DNA of 63,138 bases, counting the filler, from Craspedostauros australis (Eukaryota), in assembly GCA_030167865.1 (NCBI GenBank). It is 14 parts of 14 records of this genome, joined end to end, with 100 filler letters (N's around TTAATTAATTAA, not from the genome) between each part and the next. Parts side by side here need not be neighbours in the genome. Positions count along the whole stretch, not along the records: positions 1 to 18,755 come from JALAGF010001406.1; positions 18,856 to 23,042 come from JALAGF010001408.1; positions 23,143 to 24,458 come from JALAGF010001409.1; 11 more parts are not named here. The stretch is one strand, 5' to 3'. The position numbers were made by a program, and so were the translations under genes. The notes beneath the pieces are model-generated. The model searched no databases and was not told where the DNA came from. It saw nothing but the letters and a program-made list of their open reading frames with translations. This document shows, piece after piece, positions 12,802 to 24,458 of this stretch (within the stretch, counting starts at the first letter, position 1; each line of letters opens with the position of its first letter).

Positions 12802-15473
12802 TCATGAACCATTTCCCTCTTGGCAAATCTCTTCGCCATCCACGTAGTCGCAACATGAGGTGCAGCAGCCGCAGTCGACATCCGGCCTTTGACAGCTTGA
12901 TACGAATACTGTGGTGTATGGTTGCGCATCACAGAAGGCTTGCAGGCCGATGATATCTGTGCCGTGGACGAATGCCGCCGTCAAGGAAGCTGCCCAGGCA
13001 AGATCAATGGGCAACGCCCCCGACAGTCCCAAATTTCGATTCAACCGGAGCGTTTGCAAAGTAGTCAGACTCCCCATGTCGGTTGGGACATCACCTGTCA
13101 GTGAATTGAAGCCTGGTTCATGCGGAGATAGAGTGACGGTGGAAGGAGTACGGATTATATGGCAGGGTGCAGTGGATTGACTTCCAAGAAGAGTGAGGGC
13201 CATGAAGAAGACGAAGCAATCACGCAGTCACGCAGCCGCTCACCACACGAATGTGTGGCGACATGCATGGAATGGAATATGGATGCTTACATGCTCCGAT
13301 AGTGCACGCCAACACAAAATGGGAGCCTGGAAGAATACTTACTCAAATCAAGTGTTTCCAACGCAAGTAGCGTTCCGATCTCGGTGGGTATGGAACCAAA
13401 GACGCCGCTGGATTGGATTTCCAGGATCCGCAGATTTTGCAATGCTCCAATTTCTGGTACCAGCTTTCCGTTGTATCTGGTTTCGCTCGCATTGATTTTC
13501 TCGATATGACCGTTGTCGTTGCATGCAACTACAGATGGCGGCACTATCTGATTCACTCTATGGCCCCATTGGCAGGCCGTGCCGGATTTTCCGAAGTTCG
13601 TTTCGTCCAACAGCCAGCTCTGATCTTCCATGAAGAAGATGATCAAGCGAAGGATGTAGTGCTCTCGGATAATCCGATCATCAGTCTTGGACGTTATGAA
13701 GGGACTTTCCTGTTGAAGGGACGCCAATGCCGCTTGCCGCGGAGCGTCTGACTCGAGCACCTCCTCACCGACGAGATCCTTGACGACTTGATTAATCCTT
13801 TCTTCACGCAAAACCTCCATATTGGTAGGGGCTGCAGATTGCATTGATGGTGCGAAGCTGGGCGATGCCGATGGCAAAGAGGTTGGTGCGATTGTTGGCC
13901 GCCGTTGCGTGGTTGTTGGTGCTGCTGTTTGAGGTGCGCCATTGCCGTTGTTGGGTGGTGTCGGCATTTGCGTTGGCTGCGATTCTGATGATCCATCTGG
14001 CTGTAACAGCAGCGCCAAGCCCACAGCAAGCCCCACAATGACAACCAAAGCAACAGCTAGCATGATGTACGTGGGCTGGCATTTGCTCGTCTCTTGGTCA
14101 ACTTCCGGTGTTGCGACAACTGCATGGACGATGACCTGCCGTTTCGCTTCCTTGTTCTCCTGTTGTTTCGCATGTGCTTCTGCTTCTGTTTCTTCTTCCA
14201 CCTCCTCAAGATCCTCCTGCTCAATCACAGGCGTACCTTTGTCGTCCGCCACGGCCATCGCGGAGGCAAGATCGGCGCTGGACGAAGGGGGCGTGCTGAT
14301 CGCCGCATTATCCTGTTGCATCTCATCTTTTGCGCTGGCTTCGGACAATGGGCCGACACCATCCTGTGAAGATCTCAATTTTGATGCAAAGCCAACCTCC
14401 TCATCCTTTGAGTGTCCTTTGAAACTCTCCGCTCCGTCATTCGTCCAACTGCCGTCACGCTTCGATTTTGATGTCGATTCCGAACTCTTCAAGGGCATGG
14501 CTCCAATGCGGTGTTTCTTTTCCTTCATCTTTATTTGCTGGTCTTTCGACGAGCCAAAGACCACCTCGAGGACTCCGTCGTCATCGCCACCATCATCACT
14601 GTCGTCGTCCAATTCATCACTTGAACCTCCCACGCTACCAGGGGAGAACATGCCGACATCTGCAGGGCTGATTGTGAATTTTTGCTTGCCCATGGACTGG
14701 GGATTGTTGGTCGTTTCCTCCTTTCTATGGGTGTCGCCGCTCGTCAGACGGGCAGGTGAAAGGCGTTCCAGGACTACTTGCGATTCTCGCCCATCCGCGT
14801 TGCTTCCTTTCGATTTGGCCTGCCTCTCTTTTGCTTTGGCCACACGTGACACACGCATGGACTCGGAAGTCAAGTGGTGCTGCGCGTCCGCGTCATTCCC
14901 ATGATAAAATTGCCAGTCCTCTTCGCCGCCCGTGGCTGCCAGAGAATTTGCATCGTCATCGTCGCTCATGCGACAATCTCCATCGCCTCCAGTCTGTGAC
15001 CGGACCAGCGCCAGGATGTGATCCGTCTGGTTCTGAAGCGTCTGGCTGGTCTCCAGCTGGGTCATAAGCGCTGCCCCATTCAGAGTGTCATCTTCCTGTT
15101 GTTGTTGTTGTTGTTGTTGTTGCTGCTGCTGTTGATGCTCCATGAGAGCATCGCGCTCCTTCTTCGTCTGCCTGCGTATTCGTTCGCGTTGCTGAGCTTG
15201 GAAGTGTGGGTCATCGGCCTCGAATTGGTGAGCGCCGTCCGCGGCTTCGATGATTCGGCCCAGCTCAGCTGCGTGCGCATGGTGACGATAGTGATCGTTC
15301 ACGATGCCCAGCACAATCTCGGACGACGTGCCGGCTTCCAACGCTGCTGCTTTCGGCGTTGCATCAAGCTGTTCGCGACCTGCAGCGGTGCTTTCATTGT
15401 TCGCATCCTCATGGTGGATTCGATCATGATGATGACCATGATGATGACCATGACTCCCACCGTCCGACGGCAT
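12802..15473 (-). CDS. Membrane-anchored LRR protein, tandem paralogue of the preceding gene; exons 15473-13343 and 13112-12802
   Basis: Same architecture: TM YIMLAVALVVIVGLAVGLALLL, P/T stalk, LRRs (VPEIGALQNL, IPTEIGTLLAL, VPTDMGSLTTL) and C-terminal CGCCTSCCD. Phase-1 intron at the equivalent position. Start MPSDGG resembles MPSERG of the paralogue. Confidence 0.86.
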
Positions 15474-16039
15474 GGTGCGAGCGTGGAGCCGATGGTGCTG
15501 GTGTATGAACCAGTTTGACTGTTGGACTGTTGGACTGTTGGAACAGTTGAGTCGATGCTTTGATTCTCGATTGGGAGGCGTGAGCGACACCTGCTCAGAG
15601 TGTGCTCCTTCGGAAGAACCGTATGTCGTTTTTGTGGATTGCTCTGGCCTTCCCACAGTCGCAACTTGTGTCTTTTCTCTTTCGCCTATTGGCTGTGTTG
15701 GTGTGGTTTCGCGCAAATCGTGGAACCGTGGAGTACGAGCAATACGCTCACACACGTGAACAAAGACACAGTCACGCATCGCCACGTCTCCGGTCATCAT
15801 GAGTGAACGACGCAAACAGTTGATCGAAACTGTTGGCGACCGTTGTTAGCATTTCAATCGTGATAAACGACCATCACGCAAACGGAAGAAGGGATCCATG
15901 AACGGTCAATCACAAACGGGCATTGATTGCATTCGGATGCTCGCGCCAGATGCCGTTTGTATTGTCCCAAGAGACAGAGTGTGACATTACTCTACAATGC
16001 TATTCAGCAATCAAGTGGCAACAATTAAGAGCTACTCCG

Positions 16040-18071
16040 TCATCCCTCTGCAGCCAACTTCAGATACCTCCAAATGTCATCACGGCCCAACTTCGTTTCG
16101 GCCGACGTAAGGATGATGGGCGAGTTGCCGACCTTGCATCGTTTCATCGTCTCGCGAACACTGGTGAGGATGTCGGCGGAGACTTTGCCTGGCTTGTGCT
16201 TCGATGATTTCTTCACATTTTTGTCCGCCTTCGTCAGCACCACGACGTAGGCCACGTTCTTTGGCAGGCTCGTCGCCACCTGCTGCATGATCGTCGTGTC
16301 CTCGTCGATCAGTCCATGCCGCGCATCGACGAGGTGGAACACGACCTTCAGCGTCCGACGCGTCGACAAATAATCGCTCATGAAGCTGGCCCACATCTCC
16401 CTTTGGTAGTCGGGCACCTTGGCAAAGCCGAAACCGGGCAGATCCACGATGTAGAATGAGTCCGGGTCCTTCTCGCCGATCATGACATCGCCGTATCTGA
16501 TTTCCTTCTCCCTGCCCGGCTTGTCATTGACCGCGAAGAAATTGAACTGCTGCGTCTTGCCAGGCCGCTTGCTGGTGTACGCCAACGATTTACGATTCGT
16601 CACCATGTTCACCAAGCTGGACTTGCCGACGTTGGATCGACCGATGAACACGGCTTCCCCGCGATCCGCCTTGGGGCACCCGCTCATCTCGACAGCGCCC
16701 GTGACGAACAGCACGCGTCGCACCAGGGCGTTGGACAGGACCTCGTAGATCTCATCGTCGTTGCTGGATGGGAATGTTGCCATCGCTCCCATCACAGCAT
16801 ACACGAGGTTGCATGGTAATGCGGCTTCGTCTTCTTCCGTGTCGTCGTCGGCGGGAACTGCAATATCTCCCGCTCTGCGTGCAGATTCGCACTTTGCCGC
16901 ACCTGTTATGATCCGTTTCCATGATACGTCGAGATCTTCCGATGCGAATCCCGCCTCTCGAACGATGGGTCCCATCTTCGCCATCAATTGACATGCCCCG
17001 ACGGCCTTTGTCATCTCCTGTTCAAAGAAATGGTACGATGCGATGGATGCCAACGATGCTGCCCTGTGTTTTATCATGTCTCTGTGCGCAGGTTCTGATA
17101 CATCATGTCCCTTTGTGTTCAATCAGAATAAGCATGTGATGAACAAGTGTGAGCAAGATTTCTTCAAGCATGTATGCATGCATCCATCGAACGAACGAAC
17201 CACGACCTCAGCTGCCAACAAACGCACAACCAAGGCCTCGCACAGGCTCCTACTATTCAGAGCAACACTTCCTTCGTGGCTTCACATAACATGTATTCGT
17301 AGGCGCCAATACTATACGTACATCCAGTGGAAGCGGTAGTTCCTCATCCAACACCTCCAGCGCCTGCGTCACGTTGCCCACCCGCATCAAACCGCGCAAG
17401 ATTGCCGCGCTGGCCATGGGTAGCATCTCCGATCGATGATGCATCCGGCGCGCTTCAATCGCTTGCCTTGCCACTGCATGCTCCTTCATATGCAATGCCG
17501 CAACAGCCAAACGCGACAGCAAGGACCCTCGTTCACCCTTCGCAAAGCCTTCGTCGGTCTGTCGCAGCAAGAAATCCCCAAGCACCTTGATATCCCTGCG
17601 ATCCTCCGCGCGCTTGATTGCCCGATAAATGTCATCCGGCGTGGATTCTTGCGTGAGCTGTACGACCTCTGCTGGCTCACTGGCCTGTGCGTTCTTGCGC
17701 GGACGTCGATTCTGCTGCTCCTTCTGTTCCTGCTTCTTGAGACGTTCCAACGCCTTGCGTTCGGGACGTGACAACTTCTTCTTCGTTCGTTTTTCTGCTT
17801 TGGGTGGATCATCTGTCATCGTTTGCTCCGCACCAGCGTCGATGTCGCGCCCCGCTTCAAACAGCCGAACAAGAGGCGCTGTCGATCCAACCTGATGACG
17901 CTGGAGGAACGATACTCTGCCACTGTCACCACTGAACGCCTGCACATGCTGCGTTGATGAAAACGCTGCCACGGAACACCCCAAAACGGCTGCGATGGCT
18001 GCTATCGGCCGAAGCCTTCGGCGGCATCGGCAACGGCGTTTTTTGTGCGGTCCTTCGATATTCATCACCAT
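16040..18071 (-). CDS. engB: EngB/YihA/YsxC ribosome-biogenesis GTPase with a long N-terminal extension; exons ~18071-17322 and 17110-16040
   Basis: G1 GRSNVGKSSL, G2 KRPGKTQ, G3 VDLPGFGFAK, LVDARHG, G4 LTKADK, G5 TSA. Phase-0 intron GTACGT..AAG joins the two ORFs. A signal-like segment IAAIAAVLGCSVAAF lies near the N-terminus. Start is approximate. Confidence 0.88.
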
Positions 18072-18666
18072 TGTCTTCCTTGGTGTAGTCCTACTAGGAT
18101 GGTGGATGAGCACTCGTGGGTTGAGGCACGATCTAGAGCATCCAGCTTGATTCTCGGTGTCCGTTCCTGTTGTGATGGGGTCGATGGACATCGTATTTGC
18201 AGGTGCGTTGTTGTGTGGGCAGAACACGGGCAGAGCGTTGGTATCTTTGCGTTCGCTGCTTTTGTGTGGTTGGTATCCAAGAATGCGATGTTTGTGCACG
18301 TCTGTCCTTCTCCCGAGGACGCAAGCTTTGGCGAGTCTTCTGGATGTTGTTGAGCATTGTCGAAATTACGGTTGTGAGGTAAATCGCAGCCACCGATCCG
18401 ATCACCTCCGTCGTGTGCGAGCGACGCGACAACAACACCCATACTTACCTTAGACATGCTTGTTCTTGATCAGCAAGGAGAATAGCAGAACGGAGGAGCT
18501 GCAAGACACGGGAAAAACGATGAAAGTGGGTCTGGACGACGTACAGACTGCTCCGAACAGACATGTTCGATTTGTCGCATCTGTGGGCTCCATCGAGTCA
18601 ACCGCTGAGCAATGGAAGACGGTGAATAAAGCGTTAAGTAGACGTTATAAGCGTTAACATCGATTG

Positions 18667-18755
18667 TATTGCTTTCATTGAAACGCTATTACTTTCATTG
18701 AAACGTTATTACTTTCATTGAAACACTATTACTTTCATTGAAACGTTATTACTTT
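18667..18755. repeat. 20-bp tandem minisatellite (TATTACTTTCATTGAAACGT), about 4.5 copies, running into the contig end
   Basis: Directly visible. Copies differ at 1-2 positions. Each unit contains the inverted repeat TTTCA-T-TGAAA. Confidence 0.95.
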
Positions 18756-18855
18756 NNNNNNNNNNNNNNNNNNNNNNNNNNNNNNNNNNNNNNNNNNNNT
18801 TAATTAATTAANNNNNNNNNNNNNNNNNNNNNNNNNNNNNNNNNNNNNNNNNNNN
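18756..18855. other. Artificial contig linker (N-run TTAATTAATTAA N-run); same linker at ~23043, 24459, 28278, 29408, 30684, 31829, 42792, 44641, 54752, 56261, 59914 and 61637
   Basis: Identical ~100-nt structure repeated, with a six-frame stop cassette. Confidence 0.97.
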
Positions 18856-21800
18856 TACGTAAGCGGCATGGACGACGGCCATGGGCCAGTGTTGGGCATC
18901 GAACATCGTAGGCCAATGAATGCTTTGATGCATCATCATGGTTCGTGCCATAGAGATGATCGTGCGGATGCTGCGCTCGGCCACTCCGTTGTGATGGTGA
19001 GCGCCGACTCCAGCAAAACGGTGCACTTGATGAAACCGTTTGAGGTGTTCGGTGTAATCTGGCGATGTAAAGGTGGTGGCGTTGTCCGAGAGGTACGAGC
19101 GCACGGGCACACCCACATCGCGGCACATGGACTCGAAGCGTTCCTTGGCTTCCAACGTAGCGTGGGTCGTGAGGGATGCGACTGGCTCCACGTGTATGTA
19201 GCCAGATGCGTGGTCCACAAACATTGCGCCACCCTTGTACATCTCCGACGCATCGGACTTGCCTCTTTCTGTGAAGAGGCGGCCCAAGGTGCGTCCCACG
19301 AAGTGGTCCACGGAGACTTGCTGACCCGGGAAGAGGTGATCCGTTTTGATCACTCCCTGTTGGTCTTGGACGGCGTGTTGTGTTGTACCTGGTGTCGTTC
19401 TGCGATGCTGTTTGCCAAATTGGCAGGCCGCACACAGCGGGCATTCTCGTACGCGGGCAGCGGCTGTTTGAATCTTCCGTGATGCCTCAGTGTTGATGAG
19501 GGCGCCGGATCGGAGCAAGAACTGCACTCGTCTGAAGGAGAGGTGCCCGAGTCGATAGTGCCACTTGAGCAGCTCCTTTTGCGGTTGGGTCAGGTTTTGG
19601 TTCTGTTCTGCCACGGAAGTAACAGTTGTGGTGAGCGCCGCTGGGAGTTCGGTGAGGTCGCCAGTGCGGTATGCACGTGAAGTCGGGAGGTTGTTCGATT
19701 TCTTGTTGTGGGCGATGATGGGACCTCGTTCGTCGTTTCCAGGGATGCCGCTCAGCTGGATGTTGTTTGCTTCAACGACAATGTTTTCCCCTTTGTACTC
19801 ATTGAGGAGGCATGCGGTGCTGATGAGCTTGACTGAGGACTCCGGCGCATAGAAGGCTGGAAGGGATAAGGATCGAGGGCTGCCGCTGATGTCGAGTATG
19901 GACCATTCCACTCTTCCTTTCGTCTTTACCTTGGTGCGTCGAAGAAATCCATTGAGGAAGGTTGGTGAGGTTGGTGCCGAGGTAGCACCTACGAAATCGT
20001 TGATATCGTTGGTCACGCAGATGGAGGCGCCGGTGTCCCACACCACGTCGAAGGAGCCGTCTTGAGGGATGATTCCTTCCACCTTGTGGGGTGCGGCGAA
20101 AGCATGTTGGAAACCGAAGGTTGTAGCGAGGGTGTGGTAGGCGCTGGTCAGTAAGTTGGTACCTGCGCGTTCACTTGGGTCTGTGTGAGACGTACGCATG
20201 GAGCGAGTGGAAGTCCTTAAGTGGTCGATGTCGCAATGATGTTTCGTGTACCGGTTTGGTGGATGAGCGGGATTCGTTTTGTTTCGCGCGCGACAGGAGT
20301 TTTGGTGTTTTCGGAACCGGCGAACATGGCGAGTTTTGTTTTGGTGGTTCGCACATGGGGCGTGACGTGGGACGTGGCGTTTGGCGTTGGTGCGCTTGTG
20401 AAGGAGAAAACGTTTGAAGTCGTTGTTCCCGAACAGAGAGTCGTAGAGATCGTTCGAGGGTGTTGCCGGGTAGTGATAGAAGCTTTGGCTAGCTCTATTG
20501 GACTTCTTTTGCTTCTTCCTCCATGTGTTGATCTGGCGGATGGTTCGCATTGGAGTTGGCTGGTACTGGCGTGGAACGTTGGTGTGAAGGGCGAATAGCA
20601 CAACGGCTGTTGTCATCCACATCATGATGCTCATCACGTGCCATCCGCACTCGATGCCGAGTAGAGCGACTTGTGCTGCACAAAGGAGGAGAAAAGTGCC
20701 GGTGACGATGTTGATGGTTTCGAAGGCGGTGAACACGTTCCACACGGCGGTCCACCAGGAGCGTTCGTTTGCGTGGGCTTCAGCGGAAAGGCAGGTCCAT
20801 GCTGCATGGTCGATTTCGAGCTGTGGACTGTTTGGTTTGTGCTTGAAATCGTCGATGTGGCCGGCAGTGCCGTGGGAGATGCGCCAGTGGCGGCACTTCG
20901 CGCACCAGTGGAAGGTCTTGTCGTTCATGAGCTTCTGTTGTGGCTCACCCTTCCGTGGGGGAGATGTGATCCACAGGTCCTTCTTTTGTTGTGTTTTCTT
21001 GGTGGCCTGCTTGCCCTTGGCGTTCATGCGTTTGCCTCCTTTGTTCTGTTCCAGAAGACGAGCTTCCTTTGTAGTTGAGGAGTGATTTGCATGCATGCGA
21101 GGGGTGTTGCGGTCACGGGAGTGCCTGTTGGCATGCCAGGAGTTTCCCTGGAGCTCGTCAAGATAAGCATCCTCAGCCACGCTGCAAATGTCCATCCAGG
21201 TGAGGTCCGCACGGAGCAGGTGGGGCTCCGCTCGCTCGTAGGTCTTGAGGGACTTGTCTTCGATCAGTCGTCTGAGTCGATCGCTGATGTCAAGGATTCG
21301 ATGACGGTATCGTTCTCCTGACGTGGTTCTTCCTCCTGCCATGAAGAAGTTATCTGTCATGGTACGGAGGAGCGAGATCTCGAACTGGTCGGCGTCTTGA
21401 AGTTCCTTGCACATGATGCGGAGAGCGTCAGCCATGGCTTGGATGTTCTCTCCCTGGAACTTCTGGGGCGTGGTCTTTCTGACCTTCTCTTGGAGCCGTG
21501 CGTACTTGTCTAGCGAGCTTGAAGTGATACTCTTGATGAGTTCGGTGAAGATCACATTGAAGTCTTGTTGGTACTTTGGCTTGATGCGGTTCATCAAGCG
21601 GTCTTCGAGGTCGGGGTCAAGGCTGTCGCGGAGGAATCGAGCGGCAGATGCGTTGTTCTGCTTGTCGTATCGATCCCACAAGTGGCGATAGACGTCGTGG
21701 TGGTCGGTGGCTTGGCTGATGGTGGTGCTGCCTGGAGCGTCAAGGACGCACACCATTTCGTTGGGGTGTTCGTTGCTCCTCATGTAGGTCATCGAGATGA

Positions 21801-23042
21801 GACCTGCAGTGGACATGTGGTCCTTGAGGAGGCGCAGCATGCGCTGGCGGTTGTCTCCAATCCGGAAGCGTGGGCGGATGCCTTTCTCTCGCTCCGGTTG
21901 ATTCTGGGAGTCGGAGCCGTTGTGGAGGACGCGCTGCTGTTGGGAGCTGTCGTAGGACAGGGCTGCGTCTTCAGCGAGGCCTGTCCATTCGACGTTCGGC
22001 TTCCCTCCTGTCCAGGGCACCCAGTGACGACCAGCCTTGGTGAGACCACCCATGATGGGTTTCTCTGGCTTGTCTTCGCTTTCGTACGCTACGTACGTGG
22101 TTTCAGGTCCGATGGGGTCTTCGTCGGCTTCAAAAGGGAAGCCACCTCCAGTGGATCCAGTTTGGTTGTCGACGTTGCCTTCGCGTCTAGCGGTTCCCTC
22201 GGTTTCACCAAGATTCGGTGGGTCGCTGGCATCCCCGGTGTTGCCTTGGGCGACGCCGCCCTCTTCTTGCCCGGTGGCCGTTTGGCCCCCTTGCTGAGCT
22301 GGGATGGGGGTAGCTCCTCGCGAGATTCGTGATTCGTTGAGATCTCGAAGGGCTTGAGCGGCTTGTTGGTTGAGCCGCTCCACGAAAGCCTCCAGTCGGC
22401 GTTCTTCGCTGCTGATGCTCGTGTCTTCTCCTTGGTTGCTCATGGTGAGGTGGCGGAGGTGTCGAAGTCGTTGGGCTTCGCTTGGTGTCGACGATTGTCT
22501 CGGGCTTGGTTGCTCTTCCCCCCCTTCGATGGTGAAGGTGTGCACGGAGGTATTGGCAGGGGTGCTCTTGAGACGTACACCTGGTTTTGCAGGTGTTGGT
22601 TGGGTGCACTTGCTTAGCAAGGGCTTGGTTTGATGAGTTGCCTTCGGGCTAACTTCATAGATTGCTAGTCAGGGTCGTTGGTCCTGAGAGGCTTNGAGCC
22701 TTTGGGCTCAGTGTCGTTGGACACAGCGGTCTGCGCGCTTGAGGAAGTCTCTTTGAGAGTGAGGAAGGTGGATGTAAGCGATAACCACTCGCAGCTACCA
22801 GTTAGTATTCCGTGTCTTCTGCACGTTGTCAGGAGGATGATCCGTCCTTCAACCGGCTTTGACGCCGTTTGATGTTGAGAACGAGGCCGTGTCAGATGGT
22901 GGTGAAAACTGTAGTAGACTTGGAAGTAAGCTGTGAAGATTGTTTCTGATTGCTTGCTTTTTATGTGTTAAGCTTACTGTTGACAGGACGATCGAGTAAA
23001 AGGGCAGGGTTCATGCTGTCGTGCTTGAGCCGTTTGTGTTGT
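18856..23042 (-). mobile_element. Ty1/Copia LTR retrotransposon (diatom CoDi-like), 5' part: leader, gag, protease and integrase; RT/RNaseH lost at the contig end
   Basis: Single ~1250-aa ORF (ATG ~22443 or 22620 to 18856). Zn-knuckle-like WCAKCRHWRISHGTAGH, protease WDTGASICVTN, pre-integrase WHYRLGH..CAAC, and integrase D(VSVDHF), D(SDN), 35 aa, E(NGVAE). PR-IN order is Copia-type. Confidence 0.93.
22791..22800 (-). promoter_or_regulatory. Candidate primer-binding site TGGTAGCTGC of the Copia element
   Basis: TGG-T-A start is complementary to CCA/A73/U72 of a eukaryotic initiator tRNA-Met. It lies upstream of gag. The LTR boundary is not confirmed. Confidence 0.35.
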
Positions 23043-23142
23043 NNNNNNNNNNNNNNNNNNNNNNNNNNNNNNNNNNNNNNNNNNNNTTAATTAATTAANN
23101 NNNNNNNNNNNNNNNNNNNNNNNNNNNNNNNNNNNNNNNNNN

Positions 23143-24458
23143 GAAATGGAGGCTACCCACCAGCCCCGAGAGCTTTCATGCCTGTCGGAATTCCCCAACC
23201 TGGGTACCCCCCGAAACCACCAGGACACAGGAACCAAGCAACAGGTCACGGCGCGAACAAAGGGGGACCGGATCCACACGTCTTAGATCCTGACACCCAC
23301 CGCGGGCACCACGCATCCGTGCGCGCACCCCATCAGGGAGGCACTGATGGTGATACTCCAAATCCTCCCGCCAAGCTGACGAAGCGGCGCCCCAACCCAA
23401 ACGCCACGAGCACCGGTCCCAACGACGACCACAACCAGCACAGCATCACCAACAAAGCTGCTGGACCAACCAACGCACGCGAACCCGACGGAAGGAGCAG
23501 ACCGTTCCCCAACGTGAACTTTGCGACTATTGGCGAAAACGATCGCGGGCCACCCGACACCAAGGCGGTAACCTTCGCCTCCAAGACAACCACCAGGGAC
23601 CCAGGAGATCCTGCCAAACCCCGAGCGACCCACTCAGAGAACAGTGGGAACCACCCCTCGGACAACCGGAACTCATGGAACCATCATGGTACCATGGGTA
23701 ACCTACCACCCCATGAGATGGCCAGCAACCATGGAAACGGCGGACACGAACCGACGAACCAACACCCAACTGCGAGTGCAGGCATGAATCATGGAATGGG
23801 ACACACACACCGCCATTTTCCCAATCCCTATGGCACCTACGGATATGACAACGCAGGGTGCCATGGGTACCCACCTAACATGGGGCCTCATCACGCATAT
23901 GGCCAACCACACATGGCATACGTGCAACCCCACCCAGGAGGATTCCCACCTATTGGAGTCCCTGTTCACATGGGATATGTGCTGAATGGAAGTGGAGACA
24001 ACTGGACAGCTCCAGGTGCTTTCGCACCAATTGGAAACCTCCAACTAGGGTACCCTCCAAGACCAACTGGATACAGACACCAGGCAACCAACCACGGAAC
24101 CCACCATGGAGGGCCAGGGCCGCACATTGAGGCTCCCAGTACTCGCCATGGGCAACACGTACCTGGGCACTCTCGCCATCAGGAACCCAACCACGGTGAA
24201 ACCCCATCCGCATCAGCCAAGCTGGCGAAATGGCGACCCATCCTGGACCCCATCAGGTTCACGAGCGATATGGCTTCCTTTCAAGTGGTGAACCACCAAA
24301 CCCGGGCAAGCAGAACCGTCCTCGACATGGTCTCGACAGAACATCGGGCATCGTTCCCCATGTCAGGAACAGGGCGACAGTGTCTAATGCCTGATGAAAA
24401 CAAGATCATCAACCTGGAGATGAGGGATGCATTGATGACATTCGACGTGCTTCCTATC
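23143..24458 (+). CDS. Partial Pro/Gly/His-rich ORF with an internal ~70-aa duplication; probably retroelement-associated
   Basis: Open from 23178 to the contig end. Segments 23187-23393 and 24033-24239 encode related GYPP.P.G.R.QAT..G...GP.PH...AKL.K.RP units. Confidence 0.45.

Noticed and set aside
18667..18755. CRISPR-like repeat (contains ATTGAAAC, a common CRISPR repeat 3' end)
   Set aside because: Units are contiguous 20-mers with no spacers, there are no cas genes, and the context is eukaryotic.
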